64,000 nucleotides of DNA from Clostridia bacterium (GCA_045545635.1 JAZQBI010000069.1:13991-77990), one strand, 5' to 3'. Shown: positions 17,798 through 27,220, numbered from the stretch's first letter. Numbers and translations: made by a program. Notes: a model not told the origin generated them from the letters alone.

Positions 17798-18880
17798 ATG
17801 AAAACAGTTCTTTTGGGCGATATTTGCCCCACCACGGAAAACGGTTTTATGTATAAGGAAAAGAGAACGGAGGAGATATTCAGCGATACTCTTCCCATTA
17901 TGAGAGGAGCAGACTTTGTTGCGGTTAATCTGGAATGTGCTCTTACGGAACACGAAAATCAGATTGACAAATTCGGTCCTCCCTTAAAGGCTCCGTTGGA
18001 GACTGCACAGGTTCTTAAAGAGGCAGGGGTAAGCCTTTGCGGACTTAGTAACAACCATGTTTTTGACTATGGCAAAAAGGGTGCATTGGATACAATAAAA
18101 GCCCTCACCGATGCAGGTGTGGACTATACGGGCTTCGGCGAGAACTATGAGGACTCCCGAAAGAATTATGTAATAGAAAAAGATGGTCAGACCGTTTGCG
18201 TTATAGCCGTGTGCGAACACGAGTATTCCTATGCCCTTGAGGACAGAATGGGAAGCCGTCCCTTTGATGAATTTGAAAGTCTTGAGGATGTACGCGAGGC
18301 GGCACAAAAGTACGACAGAGTAATTGTTATGTACCACGGTGCCAAGGAGCTTTGCCGTTATCCCTCTCCCAGAGTATACAGACTTTGCCATGCAATGGCA
18401 AGAGCAGGCGCGGATGTGGTGCTCTGTCAGCATAGCCACTGCATAGGGGCATACGAAAAATATGAGGATTGCCACATCCTCTACGGTCAGGGTAACTTCC
18501 AGTTCTCCTGGTCAAACAGAGACGAAATGTGGTACACTGCCCTTATGGTGAAATATGACACAGTAACCCACGATATAGAATTTATCCCGTCCAAAATATC
18601 AGGACATACCGTTGAACTTGTTAAGGGTGAGGAAAAGGAAGAAATAATGAAAGCCTTCCAAAAACGTAACGATGAGATGCTCAGCGGCGATTGGAAAAAA
18701 GGCTGGCATACTTTTTGCGAAGAAAACAGAGAATTCTATATGGGTGTTATTGCCAAAAGCGGAAAGTCTGATGCTACAAGATTTGAAAGAGACTACTTTG
18801 GTCATATGCTGGATTGCGAGGCACATACCGATGTGTGGAGAGAGCTTAATCCTTCATACAACCTTACAAACGAAAAATAA
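17798..18880 (+). CDS. CapA-family (PGA_cap) metallophosphoesterase-like protein
   Basis: 360 aa. GDICP...NLECALT...GLSNNHVFDYG...MYHGAKE...CQHSHC pattern typical of CapA/PGA_cap proteins. Confidence 0.7.
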   Translation: MKTVLLGDICPTTENGFMYKEKRTEEIFSDTLPIMRGADFVAVNLECALTEHENQIDKFGPPLKAPLETAQVLKEAGVSLCGLSNNHVFDYGKKGALDTIKALTDAGVDYTGFGENYEDSRKNYVIEKDGQTVCVIAVCEHEYSYALEDRMGSRPFDEFESLEDVREAAQKYDRVIVMYHGAKELCRYPSPRVYRLCHAMARAGADVVLCQHSHCIGAYEKYEDCHILYGQGNFQFSWSNRDEMWYTALMVKYDTVTHDIEFIPSKISGHTVELVKGEEKEEIMKAFQKRNDEMLSGDWKKGWHTFCEENREFYMGVIAKSGKSDATRFERDYFGHMLDCEAHTDVWRELNPSYNLTNEK

Positions 18881-18883
18881 TTT

Positions 18884-19669
18884 TTATTTTCTGAATTGGC
18901 TTGGGGAGATTTTATATATTTTCTTAAACTGAGAAGAAAAGTAGTTGCTGTCGTTAAAACCGCATTTTGCGGAAATGGCGGCTACGGTAAGATCATCTCT
19001 GGTGCGGAGGAGCTTTTCCGCCTTTTTGAGACGGAGGAGTGTAATAAAACGGATAAATGATGTGCCAACCTCTGCAGCGAATATGCGGCTCAGATGTTCA
19101 CAACTGACATTGCAGACCTCTGCCACATCGGACAGCGAAATATTCTTGTCAAAATTGCCCTTGATATATTCAAGGGCTTTTTGTATATGCTCGTTGTTAA
19201 TTTCGGTATATTTATTCGGGTTGTCGGACATTGTGAAGAATAAAAGATGTGTATATGTCCTCAGTGTTTCTGTAAAATGCGGAGATTTTCTAAGATATGT
19301 CTCTGATATTTTTTTAAATATATAGCTGATGTCATCTGCCGTATCGTCATTTCGGTACAGGGTTACGGTGTCTGTATGCGATGGCACAAGACACGTGGGA
19401 ATAAATTCGTCGGAGCAGTTTATAAGCATGCGGGAGTGGACGCTGTTTACATATTCCGTGCTGTGTACACGACCTCCCGGGATTATTATAATATCTCCGG
19501 ATTTTAAGTTGTAGGTGCTTTCGTCCACGCGGTATTTGCACCTGCCGTCGGTTATGTAGTATATCTCCCAAAGATTATGATAGTGCTCCGTGAGAGTGTG
19601 TGTTCCCAGACGCTTACTGTTTTTACTGTAATCAAAAACAAAATCCTTGTCAAATGCCGTATATTTCAT
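18884..19669 (-). CDS. AraC-family transcriptional regulator (cupin + HTH)
   Basis: Start taken at ATG 19669 (MKYTAFDKDF...). The 364-aa ORF-track version extends through the intergenic region into uxaB and is not credible. C-terminal HTH: CGFNDSNYFSSQFKKIYKISPSQF. Confidence 0.8.
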   Translation of the reverse strand: MKYTAFDKDFVFDYSKNSKRLGTHTLTEHYHNLWEIYYITDGRCKYRVDESTYNLKSGDIIIIPGGRVHSTEYVNSVHSRMLINCSDEFIPTCLVPSHTDTVTLYRNDDTADDISYIFKKISETYLRKSPHFTETLRTYTHLLFFTMSDNPNKYTEINNEHIQKALEYIKGNFDKNISLSDVAEVCNVSCEHLSRIFAAEVGTSFIRFITLLRLKKAEKLLRTRDDLTVAAISAKCGFNDSNYFSSQFKKIYKISPSQFRK

Positions 19670-19703
19670 TATCTCACCGCCTTTTGTTATATCATAGCAT
19701 TGT

Positions 19704-19763
19704 ATATCAAAAAAATCAAGAAAAATACGATTAATATCAAAAAAACAAAGGCAATACGAAAAT
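19704..19763. promoter_or_regulatory. Imperfect tandem duplication of a ~30-bp unit (ATATCAAAAAAA...AATACGA); candidate operator between the AraC gene and uxaB
   Basis: Unit 1 is 19704-19733 and unit 2 is 19734-19763. The first 12 nt are identical and an AATACGA core repeats 29 bp apart. Confidence 0.4.
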
Positions 19764-19811
19764 GCTTTATATATACTCAAGCTATAAATAAAAAACCAAG
19801 AGGTGCTTGTT

Positions 19812-21074
19812 ATGGAAAAAGTTATACAGTTTGGCGAAGGCGGTTTTCTTCGCGGTTTTGCAGACTGGATGCTCCAGCTTGTAAACGAAAAGACAGATTT
19901 TGACGGAAAGGTTGTTGTGGTACAGCCTATAAAGAACGGTATGTGCGATATGCTCACAGAGCAGGACTGCAAATACACCCATCTTTGCAGAGGTGTAGAG
20001 GGTGTGGATGTAAAGAAGATAGATGTTATCTCCCGTTGTATTAAGCCCTATGACGATTTCGGGGCATATATGGCACTTGCGGAAAATCCCGATTTCCGTT
20101 TTGTTATCTCCAACACCACGGAAGCCGGAATCTGCTTTAAGGACAGCGACAAATTTTCCGATACTCCTGCAGACAGCTTCCCCGGAAAACTTACACAACT
20201 CCTCAAAAAGAGATTTGACCTTTCTCTCGGTGGATTTGTGTTCATTCCCTGCGAGCTTATAGACAAAAACGGCGAAAATCTCAAAAAATGCATTCTGCAG
20301 TATGCAGATCTGTGGAATCTTGGTGACGGGTTCAAAAACTGGATAGAAAAGGAAAACATCTTCTGCAACACTCTTGTTGACAGAATAAACACAGGCTATC
20401 CCAAGGATGAAAAAATAGACCTTGGCTACGAGGATAACCTTGTAAACACATCCGAGTACTTCCACCTCTGGGTAATAGAGGGATACAAGGGACTCTTTGA
20501 GGAAATCCCCTTTGACAAGTGCGGACTCAATGTTATTCTCACAGACAATTTGGAAATGTACCGCACAAGAAAGGTGCGTATATTAAACGGTGCACACACC
20601 TCTCTTGTTCCCTATGCGCTTCTTGAAGGCTTTGATACCGTTAAATCCTGCGTGGACGATGAGGGTATGAAGGAGCATATCCGCAAGTGTGTTTACGATG
20701 AAATCATCCCCACACTTGACCTGCCCCGTGAGGAGCTTATTGACTATGCGGACAATGTAATCACCCGTTTTTCCAATCCTTACATAAAGCACTATCTTTC
20801 CTCCATTGCACTGAACTCTGTCAGCAAATTCAAGGTGAGAGTGCTTCCCTCAATTCTGGAATACATAAAGAGATACGACAAGATGCCCCAAACCCTCATA
20901 TTTGCCTTTGCAAAGCTCATTGACTTCTACAGAACAGATATGACAAATGACGATAAGGAAATCACAGAGTTTATGAAGACCGCTTCCGTAGATGACATTC
21001 TGGCAAGAAGTGACTACTGGGGCGAGGATCTCACATTCCTGAAAGATGAGGTTATGAAGTATGTTAATAAATAA
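19812..21074 (+). CDS. uxaB: Tagaturonate reductase (altronate oxidoreductase)
   Basis: IQFGEGGFLRGFADWMLQLVNE matches the N-terminus of E. coli UxaB (IQFGEGNFLRAFVDW). RBS AAGAGGTG precedes ATG 19812. Confidence 0.85.
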   Translation: MEKVIQFGEGGFLRGFADWMLQLVNEKTDFDGKVVVVQPIKNGMCDMLTEQDCKYTHLCRGVEGVDVKKIDVISRCIKPYDDFGAYMALAENPDFRFVISNTTEAGICFKDSDKFSDTPADSFPGKLTQLLKKRFDLSLGGFVFIPCELIDKNGENLKKCILQYADLWNLGDGFKNWIEKENIFCNTLVDRINTGYPKDEKIDLGYEDNLVNTSEYFHLWVIEGYKGLFEEIPFDKCGLNVILTDNLEMYRTRKVRILNGAHTSLVPYALLEGFDTVKSCVDDEGMKEHIRKCVYDEIIPTLDLPREELIDYADNVITRFSNPYIKHYLSSIALNSVSKFKVRVLPSILEYIKRYDKMPQTLIFAFAKLIDFYRTDMTNDDKEITEFMKTASVDDILARSDYWGEDLTFLKDEVMKYVNK

Positions 21075-22434
21075 GCTTGATAATGTTGAGATAAACTTAG
21101 ATGACGGTCATAAGTATGCCCTCTGCGACATTGCGCAGGGGGAGAATATTATAAAATACGGTCAGCCCATAGGTCATGCCACAACTGATATAAAAAAGGG
21201 CGAGCATGTTCACACCCACAATATTGCTACCAATCTTTCGGGCAAGATAGAATACACCTACAACAAGGCATATACCTATGACGAAAAAGAGGATACAGAC
21301 CTTTTCTTTATGGGATATGTGAGGGAAAACGGCGATGTGGGTATCCGAAACGATATCTGGATAGTAAATACCGTCGGATGTGTAAACAAAATTGCAGAAA
21401 AGTTGGCATCCCTTACCGGTGCAAAATGTTTTTCCCATCCATTCGGATGCTCTCAGCTTGGCGATGATCAGGAAAACACCCAAAAGGTACTCAGAGGTAT
21501 GGTGAACCACCCCAATGCAGGCGGAGTTCTTGTGCTGGGACTTGGCTGCGAAAACAATAATATAGAAGTTTTTAAGAAGGTTCTCGGTACTTGGAACGAC
21601 AAGAGAGTAAAATTTCTGAATACTCAGGATTTTGACGATGATATTGCAGAGGGAGTACGCCTTATAGATGAGCTAAAAGCATACAGAGATACCTTTAAGC
21701 GTGAAAAGGTTCACATATCAAAGCTCAAGGTGGGACTAAAGTGCGGAGGAAGTGACGGACTTTCCGGCATCACCGCAAATCCCCTTGTAGGAAGATTCTG
21801 CGACAGGCTCATATCCTACGGCGGCTCCTGCGTACTTACTGAGGTTCCCGAAATGTTCGGTGCAGAGCATCTTCTTATGAACAGGTGTGAAAACCAAGAG
21901 GTTTTTGATAAAACTGTTGAGCTTATAAATAATTTCAAGGATTATTTTATGCGCTACAATCAGGTGGTGTACGAAAATCCGTCACCCGGAAACAAAAAGG
22001 GCGGTATTACCACCCTTGAGGAAAAGTCACTGGGATGTGTACAGAAGGGCGGACTCTCCACCGTTGTAGATGTTCTCGACTACGGCGATATCCTTACCAA
22101 AAGCGGACTTTCACTTCTGAATGGTCCCGGTAACGACATTGTGGCAGTTACCTGTCTTATGGCGGCAGGGGTTCACCTGATACTCTTTACTACAGGACGG
22201 GGAACTCCCCTTGGAGCACCTGTTCCTACAGTCAAGATTTCCACAAATTCCGACCTTGCAATCCGCAAGAAGTCGTGGATAGATTTTGATGCAGGCAAGG
22301 TCCTTGTGGGTAATGGTGACCTTACGGACGAAATTACTGACTTTGTTCTTAAGGTTGCCTCAGGCGAAAAGACAAAGAACGAAATAAACGGATATGAGGA
22401 AATCTCCATATTCAAAGACGGTGTAACGCTCTAG
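21061..22434 (+). CDS. uxaA: Altronate dehydratase
   Basis: N-terminal SAF-like KLDNVEINL...HKYALCDIAQGENIIKYGQPIGHATTDIKKGEHVHTHN parallels E. coli UxaA. Overlaps the uxaB stop by 14 nt. Confidence 0.85.
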   Translation: MLINKLDNVEINLDDGHKYALCDIAQGENIIKYGQPIGHATTDIKKGEHVHTHNIATNLSGKIEYTYNKAYTYDEKEDTDLFFMGYVRENGDVGIRNDIWIVNTVGCVNKIAEKLASLTGAKCFSHPFGCSQLGDDQENTQKVLRGMVNHPNAGGVLVLGLGCENNNIEVFKKVLGTWNDKRVKFLNTQDFDDDIAEGVRLIDELKAYRDTFKREKVHISKLKVGLKCGGSDGLSGITANPLVGRFCDRLISYGGSCVLTEVPEMFGAEHLLMNRCENQEVFDKTVELINNFKDYFMRYNQVVYENPSPGNKKGGITTLEEKSLGCVQKGGLSTVVDVLDYGDILTKSGLSLLNGPGNDIVAVTCLMAAGVHLILFTTGRGTPLGAPVPTVKISTNSDLAIRKKSWIDFDAGKVLVGNGDLTDEITDFVLKVASGEKTKNEINGYEEISIFKDGVTL

Positions 22435-22457
22435 GTTACATTTATAAAATTGCAAAA

Positions 22458-22499
22458 AATCATAATCACCCGTTTTGAACGGTGGTTATGATTTTTTTG
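22458..22499 (+). terminator. Rho-independent terminator
   Basis: AATCATAATCACCCG...CGGTGGTTATGATT hairpin followed by a T-run. Confidence 0.75.
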
Positions 22500-22664
22500 T
22501 GATTTTATATATTTTGTTCAAAAAACAAACCCAACACCTCGTTTATGCGGAAAAAGCTCATTAAAACTGTTTCGAAAAGTAAACCTTTTTGTTCGGATTT
22601 TGAGTGTTAAAATCCTCTTTGGTAATATATACTGTTTATAATACAGAAAGCTGAGGTGCTGATT

Positions 22665-24035
22665 ATGAAAGAATCCATAAAGGAAATGATATCGGAAAAT
22701 GTCAATCTTTGCTCAAATCCCTCTGAGCTTAAGATAACCGACATAAGGGTAGCAAATATCAACGGTGCTCCCAAGCATTGCCCCCTCATCAAGGTATACA
22801 CCAATCAGGGACTTGTGGGCTACGGCGAGGTGAGAGATGCCTCCAGTGCAACCTATGCACTTATGCTCAAATCCCGTCTTATAGGAGAGAACCCCTGTAA
22901 TGTTGACAAAATTTTCAGACGAATCAAGCAGTTTGGCGGTCATTCCCGTCAGGGCGGCGGTGTAAGCGGTCTGGAAATTGCAATGTGGGATCTGGCAGGA
23001 AAGGCGTGGGGAGTTCCTCTCTGGCAGATGCTTGGCGGTAAGTTCCGTGATAAGGTGCGTATGTATTGCGATACCGATGTGGATGGAAAGCATACGGGAA
23101 CCGATATGGGTAATGCTCTCAAGGCGAGAATTGAGCAGGGCTTCACCTTCGTCAAAATGGATCTTGGTATAGAGCTTATGCTGGACGAGCCGGGATGCCT
23201 CAATGCACCTCTGGGATTTATTGAGGACATAAAGAAGTATTCCATGAAAGCCATAAATCATCAAAAAGGCTCAATAGATATGGATATGATGCTTGGCAAA
23301 AATTATGAGATATTTACTATTCCTCATCATGCCACAGGTATTCACCTAACACAAAAGGGCATGGACTACCTTGAGGACTATGTAAAACAGGTGAGGGATG
23401 TTATCGGCTACGAGGTACCCCTTGCACTGGATCACTTCGGTCATGTGGCACTGGAGGATTGCATAACGTTTGCAAGACGGCTTGAAAAATACAATATTGC
23501 ATGGATTGAGGATATAGCTCCATGGCACTATACAAAGCATTATGAGAAAATTGCTCACAGCTGCAATGTTCCCGTTTGTACAGGTGAGGATATATACCTT
23601 GCAGAAAACTTTGAACCTCTTATGGCTTGCGGCGGTGTTTCGGTAGTTCATCCGGATATGCTCACCATTGGCGGTGCAATGGAAATGAAAAAGCTTGGCA
23701 ATATGTGTGATAAATACGGTGTGGCTCTCGCAATCCATATGGCAGAAAGTCCCATTGCCTGCATGGCGGCAATACACACTGCTGCTGCAATACAGAATGT
23801 CCTTGCAGTGGAATTCCATTCTGTTGATATACCATGGTGGAATGATCTTGCAATAGGAATTGACAATCCCCTGTTTAAGGATGGCTTTGTCCGTGTTCCC
23901 GACAAGCCCGGTCTTGGAATAGATTCCTTGAATGAGGAGCTTATAGCAGAGCATATGCACGAGAAATACCCCGGAATATGGGAAAGCACAGAAGCTTGGG
24001 ACAGCGAATGGGCAAACGACAGAGAGTGGAGCTGA
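22665..24035 (+). CDS. Enolase-superfamily (mandelate racemase/muconate lactonizing) sugar-acid dehydratase-like protein
   Basis: RBS GAGGTG precedes ATG 22665. GYGEV, LEIAMWDLAGK, VKMDLG, ALDHFGH, WIEDI and TGEDIY strings match the capping and barrel metal-ligand pattern of the galactonate/mannonate dehydratase subgroup. Confidence 0.75.
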   Translation: MKESIKEMISENVNLCSNPSELKITDIRVANINGAPKHCPLIKVYTNQGLVGYGEVRDASSATYALMLKSRLIGENPCNVDKIFRRIKQFGGHSRQGGGVSGLEIAMWDLAGKAWGVPLWQMLGGKFRDKVRMYCDTDVDGKHTGTDMGNALKARIEQGFTFVKMDLGIELMLDEPGCLNAPLGFIEDIKKYSMKAINHQKGSIDMDMMLGKNYEIFTIPHHATGIHLTQKGMDYLEDYVKQVRDVIGYEVPLALDHFGHVALEDCITFARRLEKYNIAWIEDIAPWHYTKHYEKIAHSCNVPVCTGEDIYLAENFEPLMACGGVSVVHPDMLTIGGAMEMKKLGNMCDKYGVALAIHMAESPIACMAAIHTAAAIQNVLAVEFHSVDIPWWNDLAIGIDNPLFKDGFVRVPDKPGLGIDSLNEELIAEHMHEKYPGIWESTEAWDSEWANDREWS

Positions 24036-24039
24036 TGGT

Positions 24040-24771
24040 ATGTTTGATTTAAAGGGAAAGACTGCACTTGTAACAGGTTCCACTCAGGGCATAGGCTTTG
24101 AGATAGCCTCTCTTTTGGCAAAGCACGGGGCAAAGGTATTTGTAAACGGCGCAACATCTGTGGAAAAGTGCATAGAGGCAAGCAAAAAAATCCAGAATTC
24201 CGTACCGGTTTTGGCGAATCTTCTCAAAACAGAGGATATAGACCGTCTGTATGAGACTACGGGTGATGTAGATATACTTGTGCAGAATGCATCTATTCAG
24301 TACAAGAGGAGCTGGGACGGATTTACCGACGAGGAATATGACATCCAGATGGATTGCAATGTAAAAAGTACATATCTTCTCATAAAAAAATATGCCCCCG
24401 CCATGAAGAATAAAGGCTGGGGAAGAATAGTTACCGTGGGAAGTGTCAATCAGTACAATCAACACCCTGAGCTTTCCGTCTACGGTGTAACAAAGGCGGC
24501 ACAAAAGAAGATGGCGGAGAACTTTGCACCTCTTTTTGCACCCTACGGAGTAACGGTCAACAATGTTGCGCCCGGTGCCATAGTGACACCGAGAAACATA
24601 GCTGTTGCAGAGGATGAAGAAACAAGAAAGCTTGTGGAGGACAAAATCCCTGCAGGCTATATGGGAAGTCCCGCAGATATTGCTCCGGCGGTGCTTCTTC
24701 TCTGCTCCGACGAGGGCAGATACATAACAGGAACGGATATTATAATAGATGGCGGAATGCATCTGAAATAG
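24040..24771 (+). CDS. SDR-family oxidoreductase
   Basis: TGSTQGIG cofactor motif and YGVTKAA (YxxxK) catalytic motif. Confidence 0.85.
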   Translation: MFDLKGKTALVTGSTQGIGFEIASLLAKHGAKVFVNGATSVEKCIEASKKIQNSVPVLANLLKTEDIDRLYETTGDVDILVQNASIQYKRSWDGFTDEEYDIQMDCNVKSTYLLIKKYAPAMKNKGWGRIVTVGSVNQYNQHPELSVYGVTKAAQKKMAENFAPLFAPYGVTVNNVAPGAIVTPRNIAVAEDEETRKLVEDKIPAGYMGSPADIAPAVLLLCSDEGRYITGTDIIIDGGMHLK

Positions 24772-24782
24772 GAGGCACGATT

Positions 24783-25691
24783 ATGAATTTTAATGTTAAG
24801 GAAGATGTAATAGCTCTGACTCCCCTATGGAAAGGGGAAAGATTTGAAGACGGACGTCCGAAGGTGGACGAAAAGTATCTTAAGGCACTAAAAACCCTTA
24901 CTCTTGAAGAAGTGTGGAAGCCGATATTTGTAAAAGGCTATGAAAGTCAGTTCGAGGGCAGACTTCATACTCTTCACGATGACGGAAGAAAGCTCATAGG
25001 AAGAGCGGTAACGGCGACATACTGTCCCTATCGCCCCGACTATGACGATGTGGTTAAGTCAATCGGCAGAGCAGAGGGCAGAACAGGTACATACAATCAG
25101 TGGGTTATAGACAGTCTCGGAGAGTACGATGTTCCCGTAATAGATATGTATGACAAAATATACAAGGGAACTTTTCTGGGCGGTAATCTTACCACTGCTA
25201 TCAAAAACAAGACAAAAAACGAAAACGGCGGTGCCGTTATCTGGGGCGGTGTGAGAGATACTGAGCAGATGAAAAAAATTGAAGATACTCAGGTGTACTT
25301 CCGCGGAATAGATCCCACTCCCATAAGAGACTTTGTTATGACGGGATTTAATACCGTAACACGAATCGGCAATGCGGTATGCCTTCCCGGTGATGTTGTT
25401 TTCGGAGCAGGCGGCGGAGTTCTGTTTATCCCTTCACACCTTGTTGAGGAGGTTGTGGGCGGTGCCGCAAAGACTCAGGTTAAGGACCTTTTCGGCTTTG
25501 AGATGATAACCTTAAACAAGTTCACCACTGCCCAGATAGACAAAAACACCTGGACAAAGGATATGCTTGACCTTCTTATGGAATTTATAGAGACCGATGA
25601 CCGTGCGGCAGAGTATCGCGGACTTGACTGGTCTCAGGAATACGATTTTGCAATAAACGGAGATCCCAACGACACACAGTCTGCGTTGTAA
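24783..25691 (+). CDS. RraA-family protein (class II aldolase/decarboxylase-like), long form
   Basis: 302 aa. GRAVTATYCP...GGNLTTAIKNK...GAVIWGGVRD pattern of the RraA/HMG-aldolase family. RBS AGGAGG upstream. Confidence 0.6.
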   Translation: MNFNVKEDVIALTPLWKGERFEDGRPKVDEKYLKALKTLTLEEVWKPIFVKGYESQFEGRLHTLHDDGRKLIGRAVTATYCPYRPDYDDVVKSIGRAEGRTGTYNQWVIDSLGEYDVPVIDMYDKIYKGTFLGGNLTTAIKNKTKNENGGAVIWGGVRDTEQMKKIEDTQVYFRGIDPTPIRDFVMTGFNTVTRIGNAVCLPGDVVFGAGGGVLFIPSHLVEEVVGGAAKTQVKDLFGFEMITLNKFTTAQIDKNTWTKDMLDLLMEFIETDDRAAEYRGLDWSQEYDFAINGDPNDTQSAL

Positions 25692-25696
25692 TGAAT

Positions 25697-25737
25697 AAAA
25701 GCCATCGGAATGGAACTTTTTCCACCGATGGCTTTTT
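25697..25737. terminator. Bidirectional Rho-independent terminator
   Basis: AAAAGCCATCGG...CCGATGGCTTTT with A/T runs on both sides, between convergent genes. Confidence 0.8.
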
Positions 25738-25743
25738 GAACTT

Positions 25744-26010
25744 TTATTTGTTTATAAGCAAAAATCCCAGTATAACTGGAAGCAGATAGTCATCGCATCC
25801 GTCTGACAGTACAAGGATAAGGAGACCGATAAGTATTATATCGTCGGTTTTAAGTCCCGACAGTATGCCGAGAGGAGAGCCTGCCACAGCAATTTCTCCC
25901 GATGCGGGTGCTTCCTGCGTGATTTCTTCCGGCTCTTTTTCGTGAGTGTCAGTTTCGGGTTGAGGTTTTTTTGCCCGCTGTTCGTAGTTGTCATAGTATC
26001 TGGTATACAT
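25744..26010 (-). CDS. Small membrane protein, unknown function
   Basis: 88 aa. Acidic N-terminus and C-terminal hydrophobic segment DDIILIGLLILVLSDG...LLPVILGFLLI. Tightly packed against the upstream small gene. Confidence 0.5.
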   Translation of the reverse strand: MYTRYYDNYEQRAKKPQPETDTHEKEPEEITQEAPASGEIAVAGSPLGILSGLKTDDIILIGLLILVLSDGCDDYLLPVILGFLLINK

Positions 26011-26012
26011 AG

Positions 26013-26303
26013 CTACTTCCTTTCGTTACGCATTACTTCCGTAAGCTTGGTGAGCTTGAGTATCTGTATTGCCCTGTCAATACCGCTTGCCCGTCCGGGA
26101 CTCATAAAGGGGCGAACGGCATTAAGCAGGTTTATTCTGCGGTCATCGGTGCGGCTAAGGACGGACATCATATTTGCCACACTGGATTCCAGCTCTCCGC
26201 CGTTTGGGTTTTCACTTTCGGGGGAAACACTCCCTGCAAGACCTTTCAGTGCATCGGGGTTCTGCAGAAGATTTCCAAGGAGCTTTGTAAGTTCCTCGTT
26301 CAT
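26013..26303 (-). CDS. Small conserved-looking hypothetical protein
   Basis: 96 aa, abuts the upstream gene (26304). No motif I can assign. Confidence 0.5.
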   Translation of the reverse strand: MNEELTKLLGNLLQNPDALKGLAGSVSPESENPNGGELESSVANMMSVLSRTDDRRINLLNAVRPFMSPGRASGIDRAIQILKLTKLTEVMRNERK

Positions 26304-26495
26304 TTATTTGCCCCCTTTCATTATTTCACGGGCTTTTTTGAGTATTGCGGGATTGGAACGGAGCATATTTTCTATTTCTTTTTCGCTGAGGGAGTCAAGC
26401 TTCCTTGCTATGTCTCCCATGCCAATTTCTTTTAATTTATCCATAACCTGTGCTTTGTTGAAGCCATCCATAAGGCCGTCTGAATTCTGTGACAT
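26304..26495 (-). CDS. Small hypothetical protein (63 aa; the ORF track gives an 83-aa version starting at 26555)
   Basis: MSQNSDGLMDGFNKAQVMDKLKEIGMGDIARKL... The longer form would read through a terminator-like hairpin, so the start is ambiguous. Confidence 0.45.
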   Translation of the reverse strand: MSQNSDGLMDGFNKAQVMDKLKEIGMGDIARKLDSLSEKEIENMLRSNPAILKKAREIMKGGK

Positions 26496-26540
26496 AAAAA
26501 AACACCGCCTTTCTGCTAAATAATATGCATAAGGCGGCAT
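26496..26540 (-). terminator. Terminator-like hairpin plus U-tract directly after spoIIR
   Basis: On the minus strand: CCGCCTT(N19)AAGGCGG, then TGTTTTTTT, then ATG 26495. The 3' arm (AAAGGCGGTG) is also the only SD-like sequence for the next ORF. Confidence 0.5.
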
Positions 26541-26551
26541 TTTTATGTTTT

Positions 26552-27169
26552 TCATTTTGCATTTTGCACTTTGCTTTTTGCATTTAATATGCTTTCGTAT
26601 ATTTTAAATTTTACTTGGAATCCATTCTGCTTGACTGCAGCATAAGTTTCCTTGTCAAGATTTTCCATAAGAAACTCGCGGGCATCTGCCGTGGCGGCAA
26701 CTGTCTCACGGGTAAAGCACAGGGGCGGAAACATTACACACCACCAGTTGTCCCCATTACCCTCACCGATTTCCACGGTAAGAGCCTTGTATGTTCCTGC
26801 AGGCAGAGTTATGTCTCCGTATGATTTGGTGGGAAAGGGGCTTTTACCAAGACCAACTTTTACAGGATAGCTGTACCCCTGCTTTGCCACTTCGTTTTTG
26901 GCACAGACAAGGATTTCATCCAGATTATCTGCAATTTTCGTTTCTGCTTCCTGTGCGTTACTACAGTCAGTTGCCAGATTTCTTACCTCGGTAAGGATTG
27001 CATCCCTCACACATAACTTAAGCTCCTGATCTGCTTCGGTGTTGCTGTTGGCTCGCACATGGAGGCGTATCACTTCCTCCGATACTGCACTCTGGGTTTC
27101 GTAAGCACCAATGAGGACTGTCACCGCAACAACCATTCCGACAAATATGGGGAGAACTATTTTCTTCAT
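26552..27169 (-). CDS. spoIIR: Stage II sporulation protein R
   Basis: VIRLHVRANSNTEADQELKLCVRDAILTEV signature. Signal/TM MKKIVLPIFVGMVVAVTVLIGA. Start taken at ATG 27169. Confidence 0.85.
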   Translation of the reverse strand: MKKIVLPIFVGMVVAVTVLIGAYETQSAVSEEVIRLHVRANSNTEADQELKLCVRDAILTEVRNLATDCSNAQEAETKIADNLDEILVCAKNEVAKQGYSYPVKVGLGKSPFPTKSYGDITLPAGTYKALTVEIGEGNGDNWWCVMFPPLCFTRETVAATADAREFLMENLDKETYAAVKQNGFQVKFKIYESILNAKSKVQNAK

Positions 27170-27189
27170 TATATAACCATTCCTTTTGC

Positions 27190-27220
27190 AAAAAAATTCC
27201 GGTGATGTTATTATCACCGG
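27190..27220 (-). terminator. Rho-independent terminator of the ATPase gene
   Basis: On the minus strand: CCGGTGAT-AATAAC-ATCACCGG followed by AATTTTTTT. Confidence 0.75.

Noticed and set aside
19670-19978. Upstream extension of the AraC ORF (364-aa version) overlapping the uxaB start
   Set aside because: The extension crosses the whole intergenic region and its A/T repeats, overlaps uxaB on the other strand, and has no similarity to AraC N-termini. ATG 19669 gives a normal cupin start.
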